The position numbers and the translations under genes were made by a program. Source: Limnothrix sp. BL-A-16 (GTDB taxonomy: Bacteria; Cyanobacteriota; Cyanobacteriia; CACIAM-69d). Taken from it: a DNA stretch of 64,000 bases. Under the pieces are notes generated by a model. That model saw nothing but the letters and a program-made list of their open reading frames with translations, searched no databases and was not told the origin of the DNA. Below, piece after piece: positions 29,107 through 39,045 of this stretch. The stretch lies in contig CP166615.1 in the NCBI GenBank assembly GCA_041937175.2, forward strand, positions 4,288,001 to 4,352,000, given 5' to 3'. The first letter of the stretch is position 1, and each line of letters starts with the position of its first letter.

Positions 29107-31698
29107 ATGCTCGAAGCTTATCGCCAACAGGTCGAAGAACGCGGTCAACTGGGCATTCCCCCCTTGCCCCTCGATGCCGCCCAAACCAGCGACCTGTGTA
29201 AGCTGCTGGAAACCCCACCCGCCGGGGAAGAAGAATTTTTGATGCACTTGCTGTGCGATCGCGTGCCCCCCGGTGTGGACGAGGCGGCCTATGTGAAAGC
29301 GGCATTCCTGACCGTGATCGCCAAAGGAACCACCACCAGCCCCCTAATCACCCCCCAAGGCGCAGTCGCCATCCTCGGGCAAATGGTCGGCGGCTACAAC
29401 GTGCAATCCCTCGTGGACTTGCTGAAAGCGAAGGACGCGGGCATTGCCCAATCCGCCGCCACCGCCCTCAGCAAAATCACCTTGGCCTTTGATGCGTTTA
29501 ACGACGTGCTGGAACTGTCGGAGCGCACCCCCTACGCCAAACAGGTGATCGATTCCTGGGCCGCCGCCGAGTGGTTCTTGGCCAAGCCGAAACTGGCCGA
29601 GGCGATCACCGTCACCGTTCTGAAAGTGCCCGGCGAAACCAATACCGACGACCTTTCGCCCGCCACCCACGCCACCACCCGCCCCGATATTCCGCTGCAC
29701 GCCTTGGCCATGCTGGAAACCAAGATGCCGGAAGCCCTGGGCCTGTTGCCGGAGCTGAAGGCCAAGGGCCACCCGATCGCCTATGTGGGTGATGTGGTCG
29801 GTACGGGGTCTTCGCGCAAATCGGCGATCAACTCCGTGCTGTGGCACATCGGCGACGACATTCCCCACATTCCCAACAAGCGGGCCGGTGGTGTGATTCT
29901 GGGCGGCAAGATTGCGCCGATTTTCTTTAACACGGCGGAAGATTCGGGGGCCCTGCCGATCGAGTGCGACGTGTCCCAACTGAATACGGGCGACGTAATC
30001 ACGATCCATCCCTACAAGGGCGAAATCACCAACGAAGCGGGCGAGGTGATCAGCACCTTCAGCCTGAAGCCCGACACGATCACCGATGAAGTGCGGGCCG
30101 GCGGTCGGATTCCGCTGCTGATTGGTCGCAGCCTGACGGACAAAACCCGCGAGAGCCTTGGACTGGAACCCAGCACCCTGTTTGTGCGCCCCGCCGCCCC
30201 CGCCGACACCGGTAAAGGTTTCACCCTGGCCCAAAAGATGGTCGGCAAGGCCTGCGGTCTGCCCGGTGTGCGCCCCGGCACGTCTTGCGAACCGCGTATG
30301 ACCACCGTGGGTTCCCAGGACACCACTGGCCCCATGACCCGCGACGAGCTGAAGGAGTTGGCTTGCCTCGGGTTCAGCGCTGACTTGGTGATGCAAAGCT
30401 TCTGCCACACGGCGGCCTATCCGAAGCCAGTGGATCTGAAAACCCATGCGGAATTGCCGGACTTCATCGCCCAGCGTGGCGGCGTGGCCCTGCGCCCCGG
30501 CGACGGGATCATTCACTCCTGGCTGAACCGGATGCTGATGCCAGACACGGTGGGCACGGGCGGCGACTCCCACACCCGTTTCCCATTGGGCATTTCCTTC
30601 CCGGCCGGTTCCGGGTTGGTGGCCTTTGCGGCGGCTTTGGGCGTGATGCCGTTGGATATGCCCGAGTCGATCCTGGTGCGGTTCAAGGGCAGCCTGCAAC
30701 CGGGTGTGACCTTGCGGGATGTGGTGAACGCGATTCCCTACGTGGCGATTCAGCAGGGCAAGCTGACCGTCGCCAAGGAGAACAAGCAGAACATCTATTC
30801 CGGCAAGATCATCGAAATGGAAGGGTTGCCGGATCTGAAGCTGGAGCAGGCCTTTGAGCTGACCGATGCGACGGCGGAGCGATCGGCTGCCGGTTGCACG
30901 ATCGCCCTGAGCGTGGAAACCGTGGCGGAATACCTGCGATCGAACGTCACCCTGCTGAAGAACATGATCGCCCGGGGCTACGAAGATGCCCGGACGATCG
31001 CCCGCCGGATCGCCCAGATGGAAGCCTGGTTGGCGAATCCGTCGCTGATGACCGCCGATGCGGATGCGGAATACGCCGACATCATCGAAGTGGATCTCGA
31101 TCAACTGGTGGAACCGTTGGTGGCCGCGCCCAACGACCCGGACAACATCAAAACCCTGTCTGATTGCGTGGGCGACCCGGTGCAAGAGGTGTTCATCGGT
31201 TCCTGCATGACCAATATCGGTCACTTCCGCGCCGCCGCCAAAGTGCTCGAAGGGGCCGGCAAAGCCAAGGCCCGCCTCTGGATCTGCCCGCCGACGCGGA
31301 TGGACGAAGAAATGCTGCGTCAGGAAGGCTACTACGAGATCTTCGAGGCGGCCGGCTGTCGGTTGGAAATGCCCGGTTGTTCGCTCTGTATGGGCAACCA
31401 AGCCCGCGTGGAAGACAACACCACCGTGTTTTCGACCTCGACCCGCAACTTCAACAACCGGATGGGCAAGGGCGCGCAGGTCTACCTCGGCTCGGCGGAG
31501 TTGGCGGCGGTCTGTGCCCTGTTGGGTCGAATTCCCAGCCGTGAGGAATACCTGGAAGTGGTGAAGGGCAAGATCGATCCGCTGGCGGGCGATTTGTACC
31601 GCTACCTCAACTTTGACCAAATCGATGGCTTTGAGGATCAAGGGCGATCGGTCTCGAAGGAAGACCAAGAGAAGGTGCTGATCGGCGCAAGTCGTTAA
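29107..31698 (+). CDS. acnB: Aconitate hydratase B
   Basis: RVPPGVDEAAYVKA, NTDDLSPA, GSSRKSA, GSQDTTGPMTRDE, FIGSCMTN, PGCSLCMGNQ. Confidence 0.97.
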   Translation: MLEAYRQQVEERGQLGIPPLPLDAAQTSDLCKLLETPPAGEEEFLMHLLCDRVPPGVDEAAYVKAAFLTVIAKGTTTSPLITPQGAVAILGQMVGGYNVQSLVDLLKAKDAGIAQSAATALSKITLAFDAFNDVLELSERTPYAKQVIDSWAAAEWFLAKPKLAEAITVTVLKVPGETNTDDLSPATHATTRPDIPLHALAMLETKMPEALGLLPELKAKGHPIAYVGDVVGTGSSRKSAINSVLWHIGDDIPHIPNKRAGGVILGGKIAPIFFNTAEDSGALPIECDVSQLNTGDVITIHPYKGEITNEAGEVISTFSLKPDTITDEVRAGGRIPLLIGRSLTDKTRESLGLEPSTLFVRPAAPADTGKGFTLAQKMVGKACGLPGVRPGTSCEPRMTTVGSQDTTGPMTRDELKELACLGFSADLVMQSFCHTAAYPKPVDLKTHAELPDFIAQRGGVALRPGDGIIHSWLNRMLMPDTVGTGGDSHTRFPLGISFPAGSGLVAFAAALGVMPLDMPESILVRFKGSLQPGVTLRDVVNAIPYVAIQQGKLTVAKENKQNIYSGKIIEMEGLPDLKLEQAFELTDATAERSAAGCTIALSVETVAEYLRSNVTLLKNMIARGYEDARTIARRIAQMEAWLANPSLMTADADAEYADIIEVDLDQLVEPLVAAPNDPDNIKTLSDCVGDPVQEVFIGSCMTNIGHFRAAAKVLEGAGKAKARLWICPPTRMDEEMLRQEGYYEIFEAAGCRLEMPGCSLCMGNQARVEDNTTVFSTSTRNFNNRMGKGAQVYLGSAELAAVCALLGRIPSREEYLEVVKGKIDPLAGDLYRYLNFDQIDGFEDQGRSVSKEDQEKVLIGASR

Positions 31699-31716
31699 TT
31701 AGGCGCATCAATTCTG

Positions 31717-31825
31717 GTAGGGGCGTACCGCCGTACGCCCTCCGCCCGGGTCGATCGATGCCAACGATCGTTTTGGGCGTTCCAAGATCTGGCGTACCGG
31801 AGGGCGTACGGCGGTACGCCCCTAT
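31717..31825. repeat. REP doublet (REPIN-like) upstream of RAYT
   Basis: GTAGGGGCGTACCGCCGTACGCCCTCCG at 31717-31744 and its inverted copy at 31798-31825. Confidence 0.88.
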
Positions 31826-31875
31826 GGAGAATGGTGGTTTTTGGATTGGAAATTGTGTTGATCGGGCGTTGAAAG

Positions 31876-32460
31876 ATGGCGTACAACCCGGCGATTCATC
31901 ATAGGCGATCAATTCGATTAAAGGGATTTGATTATTCGCAGTCAGCCGTTTATTTCGTGACGCTTTGTTGTTATCAACGGGAATGTTTATTTGGAACAAT
32001 CTCACAGGACAAAACCGTTCTGAACGAATTGGGAATGATCGTCAGGAATGAATGGTTACGAAGTTTTGAAATTCGGGATGAATTAAAGCCGGATGCTTGG
32101 GTGATCATGCCCAATCACTTCCATGGGTTGTTGTGGTTTGATCGCCCGATCGTGCAGATACAATCACCGAGTAATGAGAGCGAACCGGTTGATGACAGTA
32201 TGCTGGGCAAAAGTCAGTTGAGGCGGCCGCCGCGATCGCTGGGATCTGTAATTGCCGGTTTCAAAGCAGTGACCACCAAACGCATCAACCAACATCGGAA
32301 CGCTCCAGGCACACCGGTTTGGCAGCGAAACTATTATGAGTCGATCGTGCGGGACGATCGAATGCTGAACCATATTCGGGACTATATTGAAAACAATCCA
32401 CGATCGTGGTCAACCGATTCCCTACACCCCAATAATATTCCCAGAAATCATCCCCCGTAG
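31876..32460 (+). mobile_element. REP-associated tyrosine transposase (RAYT, IS200/Y1 HUH family)
   Basis: HRRSIRL.G.DY, YFVT, VIMPNHFHG (HUH), WQRNYYE.IVR and YI..NP; flanked by REP doublets. Confidence 0.92.
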
Positions 32461-32564
32461 GGGCGTACCGCCGTACGCCCTCCGCCAGAGGTGATCGATT
32501 CAAACGATAATTCTTGGATTTCGGGATCTTGCGTATCGGAGGGCGCATCGCCATGCGCCCCTAC
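32457..32564. repeat. REP doublet (REPIN-like) downstream of RAYT
   Basis: REP at 32457-32484 and inverted variant at 32537-32564; spacer similar to that of the upstream doublet. Confidence 0.88.
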
Positions 32565-32629
32565 GAAAATTGTGGTTTTTGGATCGTTATCATGAAGTCA
32601 TTAACTTGACCATAACTGATCTCTGGACC

Positions 32630-32962
32630 ATGCCAAAAATCTTGTTTGTTTGTGCGCAAAATAAGCTGAGAAGTCCAACTGCTGAAGCAATTTTTTCGAG
32701 ATTTGATCAGTTAGATTGTTTGTCGGCGGGAATTCACCAATCAGCGAACAATCCACTCGATCGGGAGCTGATTGCATGGGCAGACGTGATCTTTGTGATG
32801 GAGACGAAACATAAAACCAAAATTCAACAGCGATTTCGCTCGTCTCTCAATGGCAAAAGAATCATATCGCTAGACATCCCAGATCAATTCCAATATATGG
32901 ATCCAGCACTGATTGCACTGCTTGAGAAGCGCGTTGGGCCACATATTCAGAGGTTTCTCTAA
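32630..32962 (+). CDS. Low-molecular-weight protein-tyrosine-phosphatase-like protein
   Basis: ILFVCAQNKLRSPTAE (CX5RS), SAG, WAD.IFVME, LDIPD.F.YMDP. Confidence 0.85.
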   Translation: MPKILFVCAQNKLRSPTAEAIFSRFDQLDCLSAGIHQSANNPLDRELIAWADVIFVMETKHKTKIQQRFRSSLNGKRIISLDIPDQFQYMDPALIALLEKRVGPHIQRFL

Positions 32963-33034
32963 GGTTGTGAACGATCGAATGCTGCGAACTAGGATTAATT
33001 GCGTTTGATCGATGTGATGGTGGAGTCTGTTGAA

Positions 33035-33625
33035 TTATTCTGAAAATTCCACTTTGTCGTATAAGTCGGCTAGGGCAATTTCTAGGGCGATCGACTCCAA
33101 TTGCAAGCTAGCTTCTAACCCGATCGCATCATTTAATAACCAGCCTCGATCGCGTTTTACGTAATGGGCAACCTGCGGCCGAGTTTGCGAAATCGCCAAA
33201 TATTCCCCAAAGCCAGGAATCGTGCGATAGGACATAAACTTATCGCCAATGTCGTAGTCTTCAGTTGATTTCGACAGCACCTCCGCCAACAGAATCGGAT
33301 TCATCACGGTATCTTTGCGACCCGGTTTCAACTCCAAGGGATCGCGCGTCACCATCACATCGGGATAGGTGTAACGATCGACCTCGGGAATCCACAACCG
33401 TTGATCTGCTACAAAAGCTCGGTAAGGCTGACGACGCAGCGCAAATGTCAAAATGGCGATTAAATTAGCTGAAATTTGGTTATGAGTTGGTGTGCCGCCG
33501 GCCATGGGAGTGATGATTCCTTGATCGTAATCGTGACGTTGTTCGGAGCGAGTGTCTAGTGCAAAATAGTCATCCTCCGTTTGCTTGGGCAGACTAGAAA
33601 TAGGCTGAACGGGTGTAGCAACCAT
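33035..33625 (-). CDS. Uma2 family endonuclease
   Basis: MAGGTPTHN.I, YPDVMV, NP.L..EVLSKST..YD.GDKF..YR. Confidence 0.9.
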   Translation of the reverse strand: MVATPVQPISSLPKQTEDDYFALDTRSEQRHDYDQGIITPMAGGTPTHNQISANLIAILTFALRRQPYRAFVADQRLWIPEVDRYTYPDVMVTRDPLELKPGRKDTVMNPILLAEVLSKSTEDYDIGDKFMSYRTIPGFGEYLAISQTRPQVAHYVKRDRGWLLNDAIGLEASLQLESIALEIALADLYDKVEFSE

Positions 33626-33672
33626 CGTGAATTACTCCAAAAAAATGGTAATTAACTACTGCATCTTGGGCC

Positions 33673-33753
33673 GGTTGGGTTGAGGCACGAAACCCAACAG
33701 AATATCTATGTGGCATTGATCAAGTTGGGTTTCGCAAGCTCTATCCAACCTAC
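33673..33753. repeat. REP doublet of a second GTAG family (class 2)
   Basis: GGTTGGGTTGAGGCACGAAACCCAAC and inverted GTTGGGTTTCGCAAGCTCTATCCAACCTAC. Confidence 0.75.
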
Positions 33754-33880
33754 TGAAAAGTCTTTAAGTTGAGTCAATAATTCAGAATAGACATGACGAT
33801 CGCCCCAAGGGGAATAAAACAACTATTGCTATTGTCGCGATTTTGATGGGAGCGGAGCAAGTTGATCGCCCCCTGCGCTC

Positions 33881-36346
33881 CTACAAAAAATTCAGGGGAT
33901 CAACATCGATCGTGAGGCTGACACCGGGTAAGCAAGCCGATCGCACTTCCAGCAAATTGGCCGGGCGATCGCCCTCGGGGGGAATGCGGATCAGCAGTTG
34001 CCAGCGAAATCGATTGGCAATTCGCCCCACTTGCGCCCGCTCTGGCCCCAACAGATCGAAGGCGCGATCGCCCCGGGCCGTTTCCAATAGCGCCGCCACC
34101 TGCTCGGCACTGCGCCCCACCGCCGCCTCATCGGGGCCACTCAGCCGCAACAAGATCAGTTGTCCTACGGGCGGATAGTTGAGCGCCGCCCGCATCTCCC
34201 GTTCCTGCTCCAAAAAGCGGGGATAGTCGTAATTGGCCACTGCGCCGATCGCCGGGTGTTCAGGGCTGTAGGTTTGCAAAATCACCCGCCCCGGTTCCTC
34301 ACCGCGCCCGGCCCGCCCCGCCACCTGCAACAGGGTTTGCACCGCCCGCTCGCCGGCCCGCACATCGGACAGATTCAGTAACCCATCGGCGGCGATCGCT
34401 CCCACCAGTGTCACCTGCGGCAGATCAATCCCCTTGGTCAGCATTTGCGTTCCCACCAGCAAATCCGCCTCGCCTCGGGCAAAGCGATCGAGCAAAATCC
34501 GGTGGGCATCCTTGGTGCGGGTCGTGTCGCTGTCGTAGCGCAAAATTCGCAGGTCGGGCCATTGCCGCTCCAGTTCCCGCACCACCCGCTGCGTGCCGCT
34601 GCCGAAATGCTTCAGGTAGGGCGACCCACAGGCGGGACAGGCGGGCGGGTGCAGTTGCCCAAAGCCGCAAAAGTGGCAGCGCAGCAGGGGTTGCGCCGTT
34701 TCCCGTTGGTGGTGAAACGACAGGGACACATCGCAATGGGGGCACATCATCACATGGCCACAACTGCGACAGGAGACGAAGGTGCTGTGGCCCCGCCGTT
34801 GCACAAATAGGATTCCTTGGCGGCCGGCGGCGATCGCCTCATCGATCGCCCCTTGGAGCGATCGGCTAAAGATCGATCGATTGCCGTCCCGCAACTCCTG
34901 GCGCATATCCACCACCTCGACCGGCGGCAGGGGGCGACCATGCACCCGATCGGGCAGGGAGACATAGACTGATTGGCTCGTCCAGGTTTCCAACGACGGC
35001 GTGGCCGACCCCAACACCAACGGGCAACCCACCAAGCGCGATCGCCACTGGGCTACCTGTCTGGCGTGGTAGCAGGGCGTTGGGGAATCTTGCTTGAAGC
35101 TGGGATCATGCTCCTCATCGAGCAACATCAGACCCAAATTCGGCAGGGGCGCAAACACAGCCGATCGCGTGCCAATCACCACTTGGGGCGTGCCGTCGAG
35201 CATTTTGCGCCAAGTGTCGTAGCGCTCCCCGTCCGAGAGGCCGCTGTGGTAAACGCAAACCTGGGAGCCGAACCGCGCCCGGAAGCGATCGGTTAGCTGC
35301 GGCGTGAGGCCAATTTCCGGCACCAGCACCAATGCTGACTGACCCCGCGCCAACACCGGGGCGATCGCCTGGAGATACACCTCCGTTTTGCCGGAACCCG
35401 TCACCCCATGCAGCAGGGCTGTTTGGCCCGATTCCAAACCGTGGATCGTTTCCAGGGCGGTGGCTTGGGCCGGGGTCAGGATTTTGGGGCGATCGCGTTG
35501 GCCCGAGTCGTGCTGGTCGCCGCGCAAAATTTCCCGCGCCTCCAAAATTAGCCAGCCCTTTTCTTCGAGCGATCGCAAGGTGCCACTGCTGGTGCGCCCC
35601 AGGGCGATCAACTCCTGAGCTAGCAACTCCCCACCGCGCCGCTGCAAAATTCCGATGATTTCCCGTTGGCGCGGGGTTAGCGGTTCCCCTTCGCCAATCA
35701 AGATCGCCATCTGTTGGCGCTTGGGTTTCGGGGCGCTGGGCGATTCCAAATAGCTGACCAGCCAGCCGCGCCGCACCAAGTCCCGCAAGCCCCGATCTCC
35801 CCCGGGAAATTTCTGTTGCAGAAAGCGCCAACTGTAATCGCGTCCCGACTGCGATCGCAGCCATTGCCACAACCGCAGAGCGATCGGACTCAGCAGGGTT
35901 TCCGCCACGCCTGCCGCCGCCGTGGCCGGTAGCGGGTCTGCCAGCCGCACCCGCCGCGATGCCCGCCCCAACACCCCCGGCGGCAGGGCCACCCGCGCCA
36001 CCTGGATCAGCGACGCGCAATAGTAATCGGCGACCTGCGCCAACAGTTGCCAATAGTCGGGGGAAAACAGACCGCTGGCGACGACTCCTTCGACTTCCCG
36101 CAACCGATCGGGATCGATTCCCTCGGGCAACTGCTCCCAACAACGCAGGGCGATCGCCCCAACCGATCGCCCACCAAAGGGCACGGTCAGCACGTCCCCG
36201 GGCCCGATCGCCTGGTCTGCCCCGATCGTGTAGGTGTAGGCCTCGGTCACGCCGGGACAGTCCACCAACACTTCCACATAGCCCGTCGCGGCCCAGACCG
36301 GCGCGATCGGCGTTTTTCGTAATTCGGTTTCGAGCATTCGCCTCAC
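33881..36346 (-). CDS. priA: Primosomal protein N'
   Basis: LLHGVTGSGKTEVY, LVPEIGLTPQ, DEEHD, GSATPS, four CxxC pairs, QVAGRAGR. Confidence 0.96.
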   Translation of the reverse strand: MRRMLETELRKTPIAPVWAATGYVEVLVDCPGVTEAYTYTIGADQAIGPGDVLTVPFGGRSVGAIALRCWEQLPEGIDPDRLREVEGVVASGLFSPDYWQLLAQVADYYCASLIQVARVALPPGVLGRASRRVRLADPLPATAAAGVAETLLSPIALRLWQWLRSQSGRDYSWRFLQQKFPGGDRGLRDLVRRGWLVSYLESPSAPKPKRQQMAILIGEGEPLTPRQREIIGILQRRGGELLAQELIALGRTSSGTLRSLEEKGWLILEAREILRGDQHDSGQRDRPKILTPAQATALETIHGLESGQTALLHGVTGSGKTEVYLQAIAPVLARGQSALVLVPEIGLTPQLTDRFRARFGSQVCVYHSGLSDGERYDTWRKMLDGTPQVVIGTRSAVFAPLPNLGLMLLDEEHDPSFKQDSPTPCYHARQVAQWRSRLVGCPLVLGSATPSLETWTSQSVYVSLPDRVHGRPLPPVEVVDMRQELRDGNRSIFSRSLQGAIDEAIAAGRQGILFVQRRGHSTFVSCRSCGHVMMCPHCDVSLSFHHQRETAQPLLRCHFCGFGQLHPPACPACGSPYLKHFGSGTQRVVRELERQWPDLRILRYDSDTTRTKDAHRILLDRFARGEADLLVGTQMLTKGIDLPQVTLVGAIAADGLLNLSDVRAGERAVQTLLQVAGRAGRGEEPGRVILQTYSPEHPAIGAVANYDYPRFLEQEREMRAALNYPPVGQLILLRLSGPDEAAVGRSAEQVAALLETARGDRAFDLLGPERAQVGRIANRFRWQLLIRIPPEGDRPANLLEVRSACLPGVSLTIDVDPLNFL

Positions 36347-36434
36347 CGCTCGATCGAACCCCTACCCTACTCGATCGACGAGACCAGCAAAAGTTATGCA
36401 GCCCGAGTCCCTTTTGTTTTGGAGGGTAAACATT

Positions 36435-36884
36435 TTAGGATTCAATTACATCCTCAGTTGGTGGATGCCAGCCACCCTGAATCCATAGTCGGCGAGCATT
36501 CACAATCGCACCCTCATTATGAGTCTGATCATTCAGATCCAGGCGATCGCAAGTTGCACGTCCAGTTGGCGTTTTACCTTGAATCACTAATCCCCCATCT
36601 TGCCAAGCAAAATGATCATTCCACTGCTGTGATCGAGGGTTAAATAACGCAACTGAAGCCTGAGATTGTGGATCGAAGCCTTCTGTAAAGTTATAGCGGT
36701 AGCCATTACAGCGTTGGCAAGCTAATGCCAAATTCTCTAGGTCGTCTGCTCCTCCACGAGATCGCAGATTAATGTGATCAATTTCAAATCGAGCCGCACT
36801 AGCTTCTTCTAAAGAATGGCAATACTCGCATAAATATTTGGCTCGCTCTCGAACCTTTTGCCGAATCTCTTTTGAAATTGCCAT
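36435..36884 (-). CDS. HNH endonuclease
   Basis: CEYC, FEIDHI, GG.DD..NLALAC..CN, LFNPR...W..HF. Confidence 0.88.
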   Translation of the reverse strand: MAISKEIRQKVRERAKYLCEYCHSLEEASAARFEIDHINLRSRGGADDLENLALACQRCNGYRYNFTEGFDPQSQASVALFNPRSQQWNDHFAWQDGGLVIQGKTPTGRATCDRLDLNDQTHNEGAIVNARRLWIQGGWHPPTEDVIES

Positions 36885-36887
36885 ACC

Positions 36888-37130
36888 CTAAGCAGACTCA
36901 GCAATGATCTTGGCATTGAGTAGTGTAAAGATACGATCTAACTCTAAAATTCCAGCCAATTCAACTGTTTCATCAGATGTTAATAATCCTTCTCGCTGTT
37001 TTTCATTAAGATTTTCCAGACGCTCTTGTAAATATTCGCTGAACTTGAATAAAAATAATCCTCGAACTGACTGAATCTGAATACCAGAATCAATGAAGGA
37101 TGATGGTTTAGTCATTAATTGAGCGTTCAT
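36888..37130 (-). CDS. Small helical protein coupled to the HNH gene (putative antitoxin)
   Basis: 3 nt upstream of the HNH start; F.FS..LQ.RLE.L..K...G.LT..E..EL pattern. Confidence 0.7.
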   Translation of the reverse strand: MNAQLMTKPSSFIDSGIQIQSVRGLFLFKFSEYLQERLENLNEKQREGLLTSDETVELAGILELDRIFTLLNAKIIAESA

Positions 37131-37358
37131 GGCATGATCCAAAAATTAATCTATGGACTAATGAAAACCCTTTGACAGCCTGGCCTGATTCCAAAGGCTG
37201 ATACAGAGATGTTTCTATGATAGCAAAGCTTTAAAATTGTCAGATGTCAGGTAGATAAAATACAGCTAGCTAGGAATTAACTGCGATCGCCCTCAATAGC
37301 CTCTTCAGTATGCTTCAGTCTGTTTGTAATCCAGAATCCAAGGGAGGTAATGATTCCA

Positions 37359-37970
37359 ATGGCTTACAGTGAATTTACCCTGGATCGGATTATTGAGAAT
37401 TTTGGTATTGACCTGATCGAAAGCCAGGACTATTTTGCAAATCTCCCCGCTGTCACCCCTCCCGACTGGCTGGCGCAATTTCTGCAAATCAACACCCCGA
37501 TCGCAGTTGCCATCAATACCGAAAAGGCTCGATCAGAAATGATTATTGCGCCGATTTTGTTGGCACTGAAGCATTGGTTTAATGATCAAATTAGTTTGTT
37601 TTCCGGCAATGAATTCAATGTGGATTTTGAATTGGGATTGACCGGGCGAGTTGACTTTTTGATCAGTCAATCTTCTGAGCAACTGTGGATTAAAGCGCCC
37701 GTCCTGACTATTGTGGAAGCCAAAAACGAAAACCTGAATGCTGGGTTGGGCCAATGCATTGCGGAGTTGATTGCAGCCGATCGCTTTAATCGGCAACGAG
37801 GTAATCTGCAATCGCCCCTCTATGGTTTGGTTACAACCGGTTCCTTGTGGAAGTTTCTGGAATTTCGGGGTGATCAAGCGCTGATTGATTTGCGGGAATA
37901 CGCGATCGAACCGCTCGATCGGCTCTTTGGCATCCTGGTTAGTTGCGTGGAAGCGAAATCGCAGGATTAA
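37359..37970 (+). CDS. Hypothetical PD-(D/E)XK nuclease-like protein
   Basis: MAYSEFTL start, TEKARSE.II.PIL, G..DF, VEAK, GLGQCIAE, YG.VTTG..W.F. Confidence 0.75.
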   Translation: MAYSEFTLDRIIENFGIDLIESQDYFANLPAVTPPDWLAQFLQINTPIAVAINTEKARSEMIIAPILLALKHWFNDQISLFSGNEFNVDFELGLTGRVDFLISQSSEQLWIKAPVLTIVEAKNENLNAGLGQCIAELIAADRFNRQRGNLQSPLYGLVTTGSLWKFLEFRGDQALIDLREYAIEPLDRLFGILVSCVEAKSQD

Positions 37971-38288
37971 TTAAATAACGAATTCATTAACTGTTCAGTG
38001 GGCAGTTTCAATCAGCATCTTTGGCAAAACTGGCAATCGATCAACCCTGACGCAAACCGATCGAGCTGTTAGTTCCCAACGCCTCGATCGAGCTTCCAGG
38101 GCAGCGCTGGCCGAGCGGCTCGATCGAATCGCTATCGGACTCATGATCAAAAGCAATCGATTTCCCGCCCGATCGAACGCCTGTGGTTGAAACGGGCGTA
38201 GTAAGATTGCCTAGGGTCATCGACCAGCCCGTAATGGTTTGGGGTCGATCGCTCTAGTCCAGCATTCCGCGCGATCGCGCAAACGCTT

Positions 38289-38762
38289 ATGGTAGCCCTG
38301 CAAGATAGTGTCTTCTCGCTTTTCGCAGACGGTAAGCGCCTGGTGCGCGATCTCGAAACCCACGGCGCTTTAGCCTTCTATGCGCCCTTGGAAGGGGGCT
38401 ACGAAGGTCGCTATATTCGCCGCATCCGAGCCAATGGTTACACCGCCGTGAAACTGACGGCGCGTGGCTTAGGCGACCCGAATACTTACTTGACTGGGGT
38501 GCATGGGGTTCGTCCCGCCCACTTGGGCAAGAGAGACATTCAGACGTATTTCATTCCGCCCATCATTGAAACGCAGCTTACGGGCCTGTCGCCCCGCTCC
38601 AAGGGCTTGCTGATTTGGATTCTGGAAGGGTTTGTGCTCTCGCGCCAGGAAATTGAGTTTCTTTGCGCTCTGCCGAAGCTGGATCCCCGCGTGAAGGTGG
38701 TGGTGGAAATGGGGGGCGATCGGGCCCTGCGTTGGATGCCCCTGAAAAACACGCCTGTGTAG
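38289..38762 (+). CDS. ndhN: NDH-1 complex subunit N
   Basis: PLEGGYEGRY.RR.RA.GY, TARGLGD, HGVRPAHLGK, VVEMGGDR..RW.PL. Confidence 0.93.
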   Translation: MVALQDSVFSLFADGKRLVRDLETHGALAFYAPLEGGYEGRYIRRIRANGYTAVKLTARGLGDPNTYLTGVHGVRPAHLGKRDIQTYFIPPIIETQLTGLSPRSKGLLIWILEGFVLSRQEIEFLCALPKLDPRVKVVVEMGGDRALRWMPLKNTPV

Positions 38763-38835
38763 CACCCGGGTGGATTAGGCGATCGCCTCGGGCCCGCCAT
38801 CCTCAACCAAAATCAGAAAGCATCCAAAATAACCA

Positions 38836-38867
38836 AAAACCAGCGGCCGTTTCTGGCTGCTGGTTTT
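38836..38867. terminator. Bidirectional terminator-like hairpin
   Basis: AAAACCAGCGGCC...GGCTGCTGGTTTT between convergent genes. Confidence 0.6.
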
Positions 38868-38904
38868 GTGTTGTATGGGCTGATAGTTCTAGGGCTAGGT
38901 GGTG

Positions 38905-39045
38905 CTAGCTCAGGCTGTAGGCGGATTGTAGCGCCCAAACAATCAGGGCTACGATGCCGCCCAGGATGAAGGTGGCAGAGAGAGCGATCGCCACGGGGCT
39001 ATCGGCTCCCTTGAATTTCATAATGCCGCGATCGAGGTCTGACAT
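38905..39045 (-). CDS. Small single-pass membrane protein (46 aa)
   Basis: MSDLDRGIMKFKGADSP plus a TM helix ending WALQSAY; resembles a conserved cyanobacterial micro-protein; ATG at 39045. Confidence 0.7.
   Translation of the reverse strand: MSDLDRGIMKFKGADSPVAIALSATFILGGIVALIVWALQSAYSLS

Noticed and set aside
29344..31668. 774-aa antisense ORF over acnB (similar shadows over purB, htpG and PTOX)
   Set aside because: Expected artefact of strong codon bias on the opposite strand; no recognisable motifs
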